DNA of 64,000 nt, taken from the IMG/VR virus record IMGVR_UViG_3300034117_001582, positions 227,868 through 291,867 of that record. One strand, 5' to 3'. Made by a program: the position numbers and the translations under genes. The notes beneath the pieces were generated by a model. The model was not told the DNA's origin and did not search any database. It saw only the letters and a program-made list of their open reading frames with translations. Positions 1 through 8,236 of the stretch are shown piece by piece. Within the stretch, counting starts at the first letter, position 1. Each line of letters starts with the position of its first letter.

Positions 1-80
1 TTTTCTTTTTTATTTTCATTAATAACTCGTCTAACAATTCTTGATAAATCGGATTCGGTAAGTCTTATTATTCTTGACAC
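1..80 (-). CDS. 5' part of a leader-A protein (runs off window): MSRIIRLTESDLSRIVRRVINENKKE...
   Basis: Manual translation from GTG at 80; perfect leader-A motif; not in ORF track because truncated. Confidence 0.85.
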   Translation of the reverse strand, partial: MSRIIRLTESDLSRIVRRVINENKKE

Positions 81-84
81 AATA

Positions 85-351
85 TTAATTTATTTTTGCA
101 TCGATAATAGCATCCATTAATGCGTCTTCAGCTTTTTTCCAATCGTCATTTGATGGAGTTTCTCCATTCTCAAATGAACCACCATTGTCCTCTACTTGTC
201 TTTTGGCTTCTTCTAGAATATCTGAAAAGCTATTCACTATAACCTCAGAAATTACGGCTAAACAAAACTCAGGGGTTTCAATGTCGCTTTCAGATTCTTC
301 TTTAATAACACGTCTAACAATACGTGATAAATCTCTTTCATTTAATCTCAT
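85..351 (-). CDS. Leader-A protein, small acidic cargo of unknown function
   Basis: MRLNERDLSRIVRRVIKEE; sense TATTTAT at 366-372. Confidence 0.85.
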   Translation of the reverse strand: MRLNERDLSRIVRRVIKEESESDIETPEFCLAVISEVIVNSFSDILEEAKRQVEDNGGSFENGETPSNDDWKKAEDALMDAIIDAKIN

Positions 352-426
352 AATACATTTTTATTATAAATACCACATGAACCAAAAAATAAGGATATTC
401 CCATGTAAAAGATTTTTATATAAAAC

Positions 427-840
427 TTATTTTTTTTGTTTGGGTACGCTAATACAGGATATCACTTTACCCTCACATTCCATATACTTCACAACCTCAA
501 CACCTGGAGGTATATTACCTGAAACGGTTGTTGTGGTTGTATTTCCTACCGTTACTGTAGATGAATTACCTTGTGCCATTAACCAGTTTCTTTCGGCATC
601 ATATTGGGCATACCTAAAAGCATCATACCCATAACCTTCACCTTTTATGGTGTTTGGTGGACAAGTAAATGTTTTTTCAACTTCACAACCAAATTTAACT
701 TGTTCAAATTCACCATCTTCCAAACGATTAAATAACTTATCAAAAAATTTACGGACCTTTTTTTTAAATCCACGTTCATTTTGTTCATATAATCCCATTA
801 TATGTTTTTTCTCTTCTTCGCTGATAATAAACTTATTCAT
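427..840 (-). CDS. Leader-E protein (MNKFIISEEEKKHIMGLYEQNE), Cys-containing cargo
   Basis: ORF track; TATTTAT at 852-862; upstream terminator. Confidence 0.85.
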   Translation of the reverse strand: MNKFIISEEEKKHIMGLYEQNERGFKKKVRKFFDKLFNRLEDGEFEQVKFGCEVEKTFTCPPNTIKGEGYGYDAFRYAQYDAERNWLMAQGNSSTVTVGNTTTTTVSGNIPPGVEVVKYMECEGKVISCISVPKQKK

Positions 841-868
841 ATTAATGATTTATAAATAAATACCATAT

Positions 869-903
869 AAAACAAAAAACCCCCTCCGTATAAGGAAAGG
901 GTT
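869..903 (-). terminator. Intrinsic terminator of the repeated cassette type
   Basis: C-run/G-run imperfect hairpin followed on minus strand by TTTTTTGTTTT. Confidence 0.75.
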
Positions 904-924
904 CACATATTAATATAAAATTAT

Positions 925-1155
925 TTACATACCATCTCTAAATCGAGATTCAGCGCCACGTCTTACTTTTCTAGACGATGTCATTTCATCAGCAATGTTT
1001 CTTAAAATACTAACGGTTTCTTCGTGACTAGAATTTGAGTTTCTTATAACATCCATAATATCGGAGTATAAAGTATTTTTTTCCATGTCCTCACTAACTA
1101 TACGTTTAACTAATCTTGTTAAATCTCTTTCTGTAAGTCTAATTATTTTTTTCAT
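925..1155 (-). CDS. Leader-A small protein (MKKIIRLTERDLTRLVKRIVSED)
   Basis: Start reassigned to ATG 1155; TATTTAT at 1160-1166 lies inside the longer track ORF. Confidence 0.85.
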   Translation of the reverse strand: MKKIIRLTERDLTRLVKRIVSEDMEKNTLYSDIMDVIRNSNSSHEETVSILRNIADEMTSSRKVRRGAESRFRDGM

Positions 1156-1172
1156 ATTAATAAATATCACAT

Positions 1173-1210
1173 AAAACAAAAAACCCCACCTTAATTAGAG
1201 AATGGGGGGT
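1173..1210 (-). terminator. Cassette terminator
   Basis: aaaacaaaaaaccccacc...atggggggt; 20-mer aaaaaaccccaccttaatta identical at 1178, 2303, 2829. Confidence 0.75.
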
Positions 1211-1212
1211 GA

Positions 1213-1305
1213 TTAACTTTTTCCGTGATAATCAAAATAATCTTTTCTGTCCTTAAGTACCGTTGCAATCACGAACGAAATACTTAATATACTAAATATT
1301 GCCAT
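1213..1305 (-). CDS. 30-aa hydrophobic peptide MAIFSILSISFVIATVLKDRKDYFDYHGKS
   Basis: Manual translation; TTGACT-N17-TATATA promoter-like site upstream (1312-1340); terminator downstream. Confidence 0.5.
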   Translation of the reverse strand: MAIFSILSISFVIATVLKDRKDYFDYHGKS

Positions 1306-1382
1306 ATACAATATATACTAAAAATTCATTCAATAGTCAATTATCGTAGGTTATGAAATAGTTAAGTTTAAACACCTAAAAC

Positions 1383-1820
1383 TTAATGAGTCGTTCTCTT
1401 TATCTTTTTATTCTTTTTCACATTAAAGTTATATCTTTTATCGTGAGAAGGACCCTTTTCATACCAAAACTCAATACAGTCAATATCAAGACCAGTTTTT
1501 TCATTAACATAAGAAAGAACGGTTTTAGAAAATAGTTTTTTTCTTGTTGCAACTTTTGGTATAAAATTATCTATTTCTTCTCCGGTCTCAGAATTAACAT
1601 ACATATCTTGTTTACACCCCTCACCTTTACCACCAACAGTATAAACTGTAAATATCGCATCACCGTATCCAATCGACTCATTTTCAAACGGATTACTATC
1701 ATTTGGATATATTCTTATCCTATCGGATTCTCTTTCATATGAAAGTTTTGGCCCATACAATACGTCCAACAAATTAAATACAATTTTCTGATACTGTGAT
1801 TTTGTTATGATTACGTCCAT
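1383..1820 (-). CDS. Leader-D-variant protein, paralog of 1869..2279
   Basis: MDVIITKSQYQKIVFNLLD; shares KKLFSxTxLSYVNEKTxLDIDCI with neighbour. Confidence 0.85.
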   Translation of the reverse strand: MDVIITKSQYQKIVFNLLDVLYGPKLSYERESDRIRIYPNDSNPFENESIGYGDAIFTVYTVGGKGEGCKQDMYVNSETGEEIDNFIPKVATRKKLFSKTVLSYVNEKTGLDIDCIEFWYEKGPSHDKRYNFNVKKNKKIKRTTH

Positions 1821-1868
1821 ATAAGATAAATATACAAGAAATAAAAACCACTACGAATATAGGGGGAC

Positions 1869-2279
1869 TTACTTAGTTGTTGTCTTTTTATTTTTTTTAA
1901 CGTTAAACCTATATCTATTTTCGAAATAAGTTTCATCATTATTATATATTTCATAAGGAAAATCAATACAGTCAATATCAAGATTTGTTTTTTCATTAAC
2001 ATAAGAAAGAATGGTTCTAGAAAATAGTTTTTTTCTTAATACCGCTGGTGGTAAATACCTTTCAATTTCCTCAATTGTTTGAGAAAGAACTAACATATCT
2101 CTTTTACATCCTTTAGATTTTCCCTGTTTTGTATAAACTCTAAAAATTTCTTCACCATGATCTGATAAAATCTCAAATATCTCCTCATCTTTTTTAACTG
2201 AAATATTTGGGCCATATAATGTGTCCAACAAATTAAAAACAATTTTCTGATATTGTGATACTGTTATAACAATTTTCAT
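1869..2279 (-). CDS. Leader-D-variant protein, paralog of 1383..1820
   Basis: MKIVITVSQYQKIVFNLLD; identical 17-nt start/promoter block catataagataaatata at 1818, 2277, 4752. Confidence 0.85.
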   Translation of the reverse strand: MKIVITVSQYQKIVFNLLDTLYGPNISVKKDEEIFEILSDHGEEIFRVYTKQGKSKGCKRDMLVLSQTIEEIERYLPPAVLRKKLFSRTILSYVNEKTNLDIDCIDFPYEIYNNDETYFENRYRFNVKKNKKTTTK

Positions 2280-2297
2280 ATAAGATAAATATAATGG

Positions 2298-2336
2298 AAA
2301 ACAAAAAACCCCACCTTAATTAAAAGATGGGGGTTT
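2298..2336 (-). terminator. Cassette terminator
   Basis: cccca..tggggg hairpin + T-tract on minus strand. Confidence 0.75.
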
Positions 2337-2358
2337 CTAAATTTATTATTTATATTTT

Positions 2359-2793
2359 TTAATGACCAGATTGTGAACCTCCATGGTCGTAACGTTCACG
2401 TGGGTCCTGTGAATATTGTGGGTCATACTTACTTGGTTTGCCGTAACTTGTATATTTTGATGTTTGATTGTCATCAACCATTTTCATTGCATCATTAGGA
2501 TTCATACCGTAATCGGCATAAATTAATCCTTTACCTTTTCTTTTTAAATCTCTCAATGATTCTTCATCACCTCTACAATATCTAATGATGATAACCTTGT
2601 TTCCGTCTTCATCTTCTTCAATATCAACATGACCTTTATTATCTTCTTCATCCATATATTCTTCTGATGAGTCACAATCAACGGCTTTTATATCAAATGT
2701 AAAATCCTCATTTGAATTTTCTTCCATTTCCATAATAGTTCTTTTAACAATTCTTGTTAAATCTCTTTCAGTTAATCTTATAATTCTTGCCAT
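2359..2793 (-). CDS. Leader-A protein, acidic cargo
   Basis: MARIIRLTERDLTRIVKRTIMEMEE; TATTTAT 2811-2817. Confidence 0.88.
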   Translation of the reverse strand: MARIIRLTERDLTRIVKRTIMEMEENSNEDFTFDIKAVDCDSSEEYMDEEDNKGHVDIEEDEDGNKVIIIRYCRGDEESLRDLKRKGKGLIYADYGMNPNDAMKMVDDNQTSKYTSYGKPSKYDPQYSQDPRERYDHGGSQSGH

Positions 2794-2828
2794 AATATTT
2801 TAATTTATTAATAAATACTTTGATATTC

Positions 2829-2864
2829 AAAAAACCCCACCTTAATTAAAAGATAGGGATTTTT
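2829..2864 (-). terminator. Cassette terminator
   Basis: Near copy of 2298-2336. Confidence 0.7.
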
Positions 2865-3164
2865 TTAGGATTTTAATTTATCCAAAACTTGAATAAGTTG
2901 GTCAGCTCGTTTGTCAGTGTGACTTCTAGAATCTTGGTGGACTTCCTCAATACGTCTATGGATATGTTCCAAAGTGATATCCAATTCACGTCTTTGGTCA
3001 TCCAATCTTCTTTGGGAGTATTCCATTTCCCGCAAATAAGACAATTCCAATTCTTTTAAATCTTTTTTTGTTCTAACAACCATAACTAACCCCCAAACAA
3101 GAGCAACAATAAAAATTATTGCAATAATCGAAAGGATACCTAAAGTAAAATAAAATGTTTCCAT
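2865..3164 (-). CDS. Single N-terminal TM helix + coiled-coil protein (no leader)
   Basis: METFYFTLGILSIIAIIFIVALVWGLVMVV then heptad-rich region; start reassigned to 3164. Confidence 0.75.
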   Translation of the reverse strand: METFYFTLGILSIIAIIFIVALVWGLVMVVRTKKDLKELELSYLREMEYSQRRLDDQRRELDITLEHIHRRIEEVHQDSRSHTDKRADQLIQVLDKLKS

Positions 3165-3230
3165 TAATTTAAGATTTTGTTGTTTATACCTCAAGGGTAT
3201 ATAAAGTATAATGAAAACATATTAAAAATA

Positions 3231-3260
3231 AATAAAAAACCCCTCTTTGTTGGGAGGGGA
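3231..3260 (-). terminator. Cassette terminator
   Basis: cccctc..gagggg hairpin + T-tract. Confidence 0.7.
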
Positions 3261-3289
3261 ATCATTTTAAATTTATCAAAATAATTGTT

Positions 3290-3727
3290 TTAGTGATTTT
3301 CTCCTGATAAGTACTTAGGATTTGGATATACTATCTTCTTATTATATAATTTATTCTTATCTTCATCGGATAACTTTGGGGTCTTGTCTTTGGATTTGGA
3401 TGCAAGTAGTGAAACAAGTGGTTCTAATGGTGTTAAAGGCACAGGAGATTTAATGAGCAAACAATTTAATACTTTTGTTACTTCTTTTAGATTATTGTAG
3501 GTCAACATATTTCCAATAGCATTTAGACATTCTTTACTTATTAAATCTCCAGTACCCATAGTACCAGACAAAGTCTTTTTAGGTTTTGTGTCACAAGATT
3601 TTGGTATACTTAGAGTTGTTTTACTAAAACAGCCACCGACCATTGATGTGGTGTCTTCCTCTTCTTTAAGAACTCTTCTTACAATACGTGATAAATCTCT
3701 TTCTGTTAATCTAACTATTCTTGCCAT
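3290..3727 (-). CDS. Leader-A protein, Cys-containing cargo
   Basis: MARIVRLTERDLSRIVRRVLKEEE; TATTTAT 3744-3750. Confidence 0.88.
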   Translation of the reverse strand: MARIVRLTERDLSRIVRRVLKEEEDTTSMVGGCFSKTTLSIPKSCDTKPKKTLSGTMGTGDLISKECLNAIGNMLTYNNLKEVTKVLNCLLIKSPVPLTPLEPLVSLLASKSKDKTPKLSDEDKNKLYNKKIVYPNPKYLSGENH

Positions 3728-3756
3728 AATATTTTAATTTATTATAAATACTTCGT

Positions 3757-3788
3757 AAAACAAAAAACCCCTCTGTTGGGAGGGGGAG
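3757..3788 (-). terminator. Cassette terminator
   Basis: cccctc tgttgg gagggg + T-tract. Confidence 0.75.
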
Positions 3789-3807
3789 TATTTTAATTTT
3801 TTTAAAA

Positions 3808-4254
3808 TTATAGATATGCTTTTATATGATTTCTTTTTAACCAACTTCTAACTTGTTCCTCTGTTTGACCTTTTTGTATTTTTGATAATACATGTTTACG
3901 GTCACCATTACCTAGTATTTCACCGGTTTTTGGAACATATTTTATCATGAGATACCCGTCCATTGGTTTTTTTAATTGAATCTCTATGCCGGTTTTAGCA
4001 GTTACGGTAACCTCTTGATATGTTTGTAACTTTGCATACCTATCGGTACCATCGTCTTTACAAGGAATTTCTTTATAATTATTATCAATACAACTGTCAG
4101 GATCTCCATACCTATCGGTATCATTGCCCTTACAAGCTATTCTATTACCTTTAAAATCAATACAGAATCCTTCTTCATCCGCAGTATTTTCATTAATTAT
4201 TCGTTTAACAATTCTTGCTAAATCAGATTCAGTTAATCTTATAATTCTTGCCAT
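3808..4254 (-). CDS. Leader-A protein with short internal repeat (CxxxxxxxxxC..D.TDRY twice)
   Basis: MARIIRLTESDLARIVKRIINE; TATTTAT 4270-4276. Confidence 0.88.
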   Translation of the reverse strand: MARIIRLTESDLARIVKRIINENTADEEGFCIDFKGNRIACKGNDTDRYGDPDSCIDNNYKEIPCKDDGTDRYAKLQTYQEVTVTAKTGIEIQLKKPMDGYLMIKYVPKTGEILGNGDRKHVLSKIQKGQTEEQVRSWLKRNHIKAYL

Positions 4255-4349
4255 AATTTATATTTTATTATAAATACATCATAAAACAAAAAAGGAAGGG
4301 GGCGGGGGGATGGTTCAATGTAAAAAATTTTTCCAGAAAATTAGCCGTG

Positions 4350-4754
4350 TTATAAATACAATTTTATTATATCAATAGGGTCCAACCCTATTTCACTAAT
4401 ATTAAATAGTTTGTTTAAACGGTCTCCCGTTAATGAGGAAGTTGCTCCAAGTTCATTATCTATTTCTATATCATAAAATATTTCCAAAGCAAATCCACCA
4501 TTGCGTTCGCTATCCACAAATAAAAAAGTTCTATCCTTAAATTTAATAAGATACAAAGGACCAAATGGTTTTACCTGAGACCTAAACCACCAACGGGTTA
4601 CCAAATCACGAACATTAGTTGGCATATCATCATACGTCTCAATAAGTTTAACTTCCAATTCAAAATCAAACTCATATTTCAAAAACTTTTTAAACTTATC
4701 GGTTTTTGATTCAAACAATAAGTTATACTGGTCTTCAGTTATAATGATTTTCAT
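4350..4754 (-). CDS. Leader-D protein (MKIIITEDQYNLLFES)
   Basis: Start reassigned to 4754; TATTTAT 4760-4766. Confidence 0.85.
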   Translation of the reverse strand: MKIIITEDQYNLLFESKTDKFKKFLKYEFDFELEVKLIETYDDMPTNVRDLVTRWWFRSQVKPFGPLYLIKFKDRTFLFVDSERNGGFALEIFYDIEIDNELGATSSLTGDRLNKLFNISEIGLDPIDIIKLYL

Positions 4755-4770
4755 ATAAGATAAATATAAG

Positions 4771-4804
4771 GAAACAAAAAACCCCACTGATGAGGTGGGG
4801 AATT
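4771..4804 (-). terminator. Cassette terminator
   Basis: ccccac tgatgag gtgggg + T-tract. Confidence 0.8.
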
Positions 4805-4826
4805 ATTTTACATATTATAAGGATTA

Positions 4827-5432
4827 CTAATCAAGTTCTGAACCCCATGATTTAATTATATTATTAATTGGTTTTTTGTGCCATTTTCTATAAATGTCAA
4901 TACTATCTTTAACATCTTCCATCATATCACCATTAAATCTTTGTTTATATAGGGTTACAACTTCATTATATTTTTTCCAACATTCAGGACAGTTTCCTTC
5001 TTTTTTTAAAGGTTTTGACATATTTAAAAATGCTGCTTCAATAGGGGCTTCCGCATTCCCATCAGTTATAAACTCAGGAGCGGAGTAATCTTTAGGTACC
5101 ATCTTTTTTCCAAATTCTTGTTGAATCAAGACCGCTAATGAGTGACTTTTCTGTAATGATGCGTAAATTAAATCGGCAAGTTCTTTTGTTGTCATTGAAT
5201 TTTCAATATAGTTATAATCAAGTTCTCCACCTTCAATAACGTCCCTATACAAATTTTTAATTTTTTGAATAAAGGATGGTTCATTTTGTTCAGAAATTAA
5301 AGGTTTAACATCTCCCAATGTTGATTCCATTAATTGTTTAAACCTTGAAGTATCAACCGACATACCCCCATTATGTTGTTCACGAATACTATTCTTTTCT
5401 TCGTCTGATAAATTATTTAATAAATGTTTCAT
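4827..5432 (-). CDS. Leader-E protein (MKHLLNNLSDEEKNSIREQH...QLMESTLGDVKPLISEQ)
   Basis: ORF track; TATTTAT 5451-5457. Confidence 0.85.
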   Translation of the reverse strand: MKHLLNNLSDEEKNSIREQHNGGMSVDTSRFKQLMESTLGDVKPLISEQNEPSFIQKIKNLYRDVIEGGELDYNYIENSMTTKELADLIYASLQKSHSLAVLIQQEFGKKMVPKDYSAPEFITDGNAEAPIEAAFLNMSKPLKKEGNCPECWKKYNEVVTLYKQRFNGDMMEDVKDSIDIYRKWHKKPINNIIKSWGSELD

Positions 5433-5463
5433 AATATATTTGTTTTATTTATAAATACCACAT

Positions 5464-5498
5464 AAAACAAAAACCCCCACTCGTTGGAATAGGGGTTT
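5464..5498 (-). terminator. Cassette terminator
   Basis: aacccc..ggggtt hairpin + T-tract. Confidence 0.75.
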
Positions 5499-5518
5499 AA
5501 TAATTTGACCGATATGAA

Positions 5519-5878
5519 TTAATATTTAGGTTCTCTACCACACGTTAGTTTATAGTAGTAAATTATAAAATCAAGTTTCTCATTAATTAGATATTCCCTT
5601 ATTGATAAATCCAATGAATTACCATCAGATTCAAATTCAGATTTAATCTGTTCATTATGTAAATATAACCTTAAAAACAATCTTTCCATTACATGATTAA
5701 AGTATGTTTTTAGTTTTAAATATTTACAAATTTTCATATCAGACAATATCCCTATTAACAATTCAGTTATATCAATCCCCCTTCTTCTGAAATATGTGTC
5801 ACTTATTGTTGATTCAGATATTACCTGTTTAACGATTCTTGTAATATCTGATTCCGTAAGTCTTATAGTTTTTTTCAT
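5519..5878 (-). CDS. Leader-A protein (MKKTIRLTESDITRIVKQVISE)
   Basis: Start reassigned to 5878; TATTTAT 5885-5891. Confidence 0.85.
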   Translation of the reverse strand: MKKTIRLTESDITRIVKQVISESTISDTYFRRRGIDITELLIGILSDMKICKYLKLKTYFNHVMERLFLRLYLHNEQIKSEFESDGNSLDLSIREYLINEKLDFIIYYYKLTCGREPKY

Positions 5879-5898
5879 ATAATGATAAATATATGGGG

Positions 5899-5930
5899 AA
5901 ATAAAAAACCCCACTAGTTGGAATGGGGGG
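5899..5930 (-). terminator. Cassette terminator
   Basis: acccca..tggggt hairpin + T-tract. Confidence 0.75.
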
Positions 5931-5934
5931 TATC

Positions 5935-6309
5935 TTATCTTTTATTCCATTTGGATTTTAATTTGGACTTGTATTTTTTTGGGATGTACTCAAATAAAAA
6001 CTCTTTCACCCTCTTTCTATATTTTTCATCTACCTGTTTAAAATAAAACCCCGAACCTCTAAGTAACTTAAATGTGATTAATCCCCCCATTTGTTCTAAA
6101 AAATGGTCTTCATTTTTAAAACCATTAGTATCTATGTCATCAATAGTTTTATTAACAACATTTAATATGTGGTCATTTAATGAAGTATCTTTTTTATTAT
6201 AGAATCTTTCTAAATCCGATATCTTTTTTATTTCATCACTTTCTTCAGTTATAACTCGTCTAACCATTTCTATAAGTTCTGATTCTGTAAGTCTAATTAC
6301 TTTTTTCAT
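5935..6309 (-). CDS. Leader-A protein (MKKVIRLTESELIEMVRRVITEE)
   Basis: ORF track; TATTTAT 6327-6333. Confidence 0.88.
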   Translation of the reverse strand: MKKVIRLTESELIEMVRRVITEESDEIKKISDLERFYNKKDTSLNDHILNVVNKTIDDIDTNGFKNEDHFLEQMGGLITFKLLRGSGFYFKQVDEKYRKRVKEFLFEYIPKKYKSKLKSKWNKR

Positions 6310-6641
6310 AGTATTATTGTTTAAATATAAATACCCCTATTTTCCTAAAATTTTTCTGGAATTTTTTTTTAACATATAGGGGGTATTCCGACTTTTAAAG
6401 AATTTTTACCAAAATATTTTTTAAGACCATATACCCTTTTTTATAACCCATACTCTGCAAGAGGGATTGACCCCCCTTTTGACCCCTGACATTGTGTCAG
6501 AAAGAGGGAGGATACGGGGGAGGGGGCCCCCATTAAATGAGGGGAGGGGGGTATGCCAAAGATATGAGGGGGGTAGACATAGGGGATGTTAGTTATCAAC
6601 ATAATGTTCATAAAGATATATGAAATAAATGTGGGGGATTG

Positions 6642-6673
6642 TTTGGCAGTATCAATAACATTCACTATCTTTG
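6642..6673 (+). promoter_or_regulatory. Bacteroidota sigma70-type promoter
   Basis: TTTG (6642-45) N20 TATCTTTG (6666-73), exact -33/-7 consensus. Confidence 0.75.
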
Positions 6674-6755
6674 TATAGACAATGTGAGAGAGATGTCGGG
6701 CTGAGGGAACAACACCCTTTGGAGTGTAGACTCCAACCTGCCTTTATAATATATA

Positions 6756-6968
6756 ATGGGACTTATAAATAATTATGTTAGACCCCCTTGTCATATGAGA
6801 TATTATACTTATCTTTGTTATATGATTTTTATATACATAACACTTATCTCGGTCATCCTTATTGTTGGGGTATCTATTATGATTCTTAAGTGTTCCCCAT
6901 CTTCTAAGGTGTCCTCGTTTATTCGTAGACATATCATTACTGATGAAGACCTTGAACCATTGGACTAA
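6756..6968 (+). CDS. Small membrane protein (start uncertain)
   Basis: One strong hydrophobic stretch; downstream of + promoter; converges on 6965..7282. Confidence 0.5.
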   Translation: MGLINNYVRPPCHMRYYTYLCYMIFIYITLISVILIVGVSIMILKCSPSSKVSSFIRRHIITDEDLEPLD

Positions 6969-7282
6969 TCCCCATAGAACTCTTCCATCTTTTGTATTCC
7001 CATGTTTACTATTGTAGTTCTTATATCATGGTAGTCATCCTCAGATAAATTATAGTATTGATTTAAAAACTGTAATACATCTGACATGTGGGCATCAACT
7101 ATTACAAATTGTCTTTTACTTACAATTGGTTTCTTACTCCATCCCTTCTTAGCAAATTCAAAATAGATTACACCATCATCGGTTAATCCCTCCTTATGTT
7201 TGAATATACATTTAATCCCCTTACTATCCTCAGTAATCATTGGGGAGTATTGTTCTATGATAAATTTTTCTATTACGTTCAT
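6965..7282 (-). CDS. Hypothetical protein
   Basis: 105-aa ORF; TATTTAT 7301-7307. Confidence 0.75.
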   Translation of the reverse strand: MNVIEKFIIEQYSPMITEDSKGIKCIFKHKEGLTDDGVIYFEFAKKGWSKKPIVSKRQFVIVDAHMSDVLQFLNQYYNLSEDDYHDIRTTIVNMGIQKMEEFYGD

Positions 7283-8050
7283 AACTATACATTAAGGTTA
7301 ATAAATATATTCCATAATGTGAATAACAAATGGGGATGACAGTATGTCAGGAGGGAATTGTTGATAACTATTTATGTTAATTTATTTGATTTTGTCAAAA
7401 TGTCAGTCAGCGAACACGAACGGGACAATCCCTTTTCCCACTTTATCCCACATCTTCTTACCACTATTTACCACCACAATTCCCTCTGTTGCTATAGTGA
7501 GACTAATAAATCCCCTCTATCAGTACCGCCATAAAGGTTTTTTTAGGTATACAGATTTTCCAGCTAAAAATTGTATTAATACTGTAGAGGCGGCCGAGAC
7601 GTAGTCTTATAGTTCTTCCAACGTATAGGGAACCGAAAATATCCCCTTCAACGTGTCATTAAGTCATATCACCAACGTTTAAGACCTCTATAGTTTAGTG
7701 GTAATATGTGGGACAATTAGTCATATCATATAAATCAGGTTTCACCTGACCACAGTGATATATAACATCAGTCCCTCTAATAAGTTCTATGTATATTATT
7801 CCCTTATACATAACGAAGTTATTCTATATATGAATTACTTTAAAGAACACCATATACCACATGTGAATGTCTACCACTATTATGGGGAGAGGTCGAAGAC
7901 CGATTAAATGGGGGGAACTATCAGGTAAACTTTCTATACCTGAGAACCTCATCATGTAAAAGAACTATACATTATCTTATCGTAATGTGGATTACTGTAA
8001 TGACCATTACATTACTGTTTAAGATATGTCCCATTAATTACCACATATCC

Positions 8051-8110
8051 TTTATACAAAGGTAACGATTACTCTTGTTTTTTATACGAAGGTAAAGATT
8101 ACTCTCGTTA
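8051..8110. repeat. Tandem 30-bp direct repeat, each copy holding a minus-strand TACCTT(T/C)G promoter-like element
   Basis: tttatacaaaggtaacgattactcttgttt / tttatacgaaggtaaagattactctcgtta, 26/30 identical. Confidence 0.75.
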
Positions 8111-8236
8111 AGAGTATAGGATAAATTTATGAGGTGAATTCCGTAGTGATAACGGAGGACTATGAACCGAATGAATTAATCGTATAGTCTAACTTACTTT
8201 CCCTATAATGTAGAGGATTAGTTATTTTATACATTA

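Noticed and set aside
366-372. Canonical T4 late promoter TATAAATA
   Set aside because: It reads TATAAATA only on the non-coding strand; relative to the genes it is consistently the reverse complement, so it is treated as a distinct motif.
869-5930. Repeated intergenic hairpins as a CRISPR array or integron attC sites
   Set aside because: Spacing is whole genes, loops vary, T-tails mark terminators; no RYYYAAC/GTTRRRY cores, integrase or cas gene in the window.
6697-6745. TPP riboswitch (CTGAG...ACCCTT...AACCTG) or hammerhead (CTGA)
   Set aside because: The P4/P5 pyrophosphate-sensing half (GAUC..GAUAAUGCC..GCGUAGGGA) and the hammerhead GAAA are absent.
6590-7370. DnaA-box origin
   Set aside because: TTATCAACA copies have a mismatch to TTATCCACA and only two to four scattered near-matches exist; kept only as an inverted repeat.
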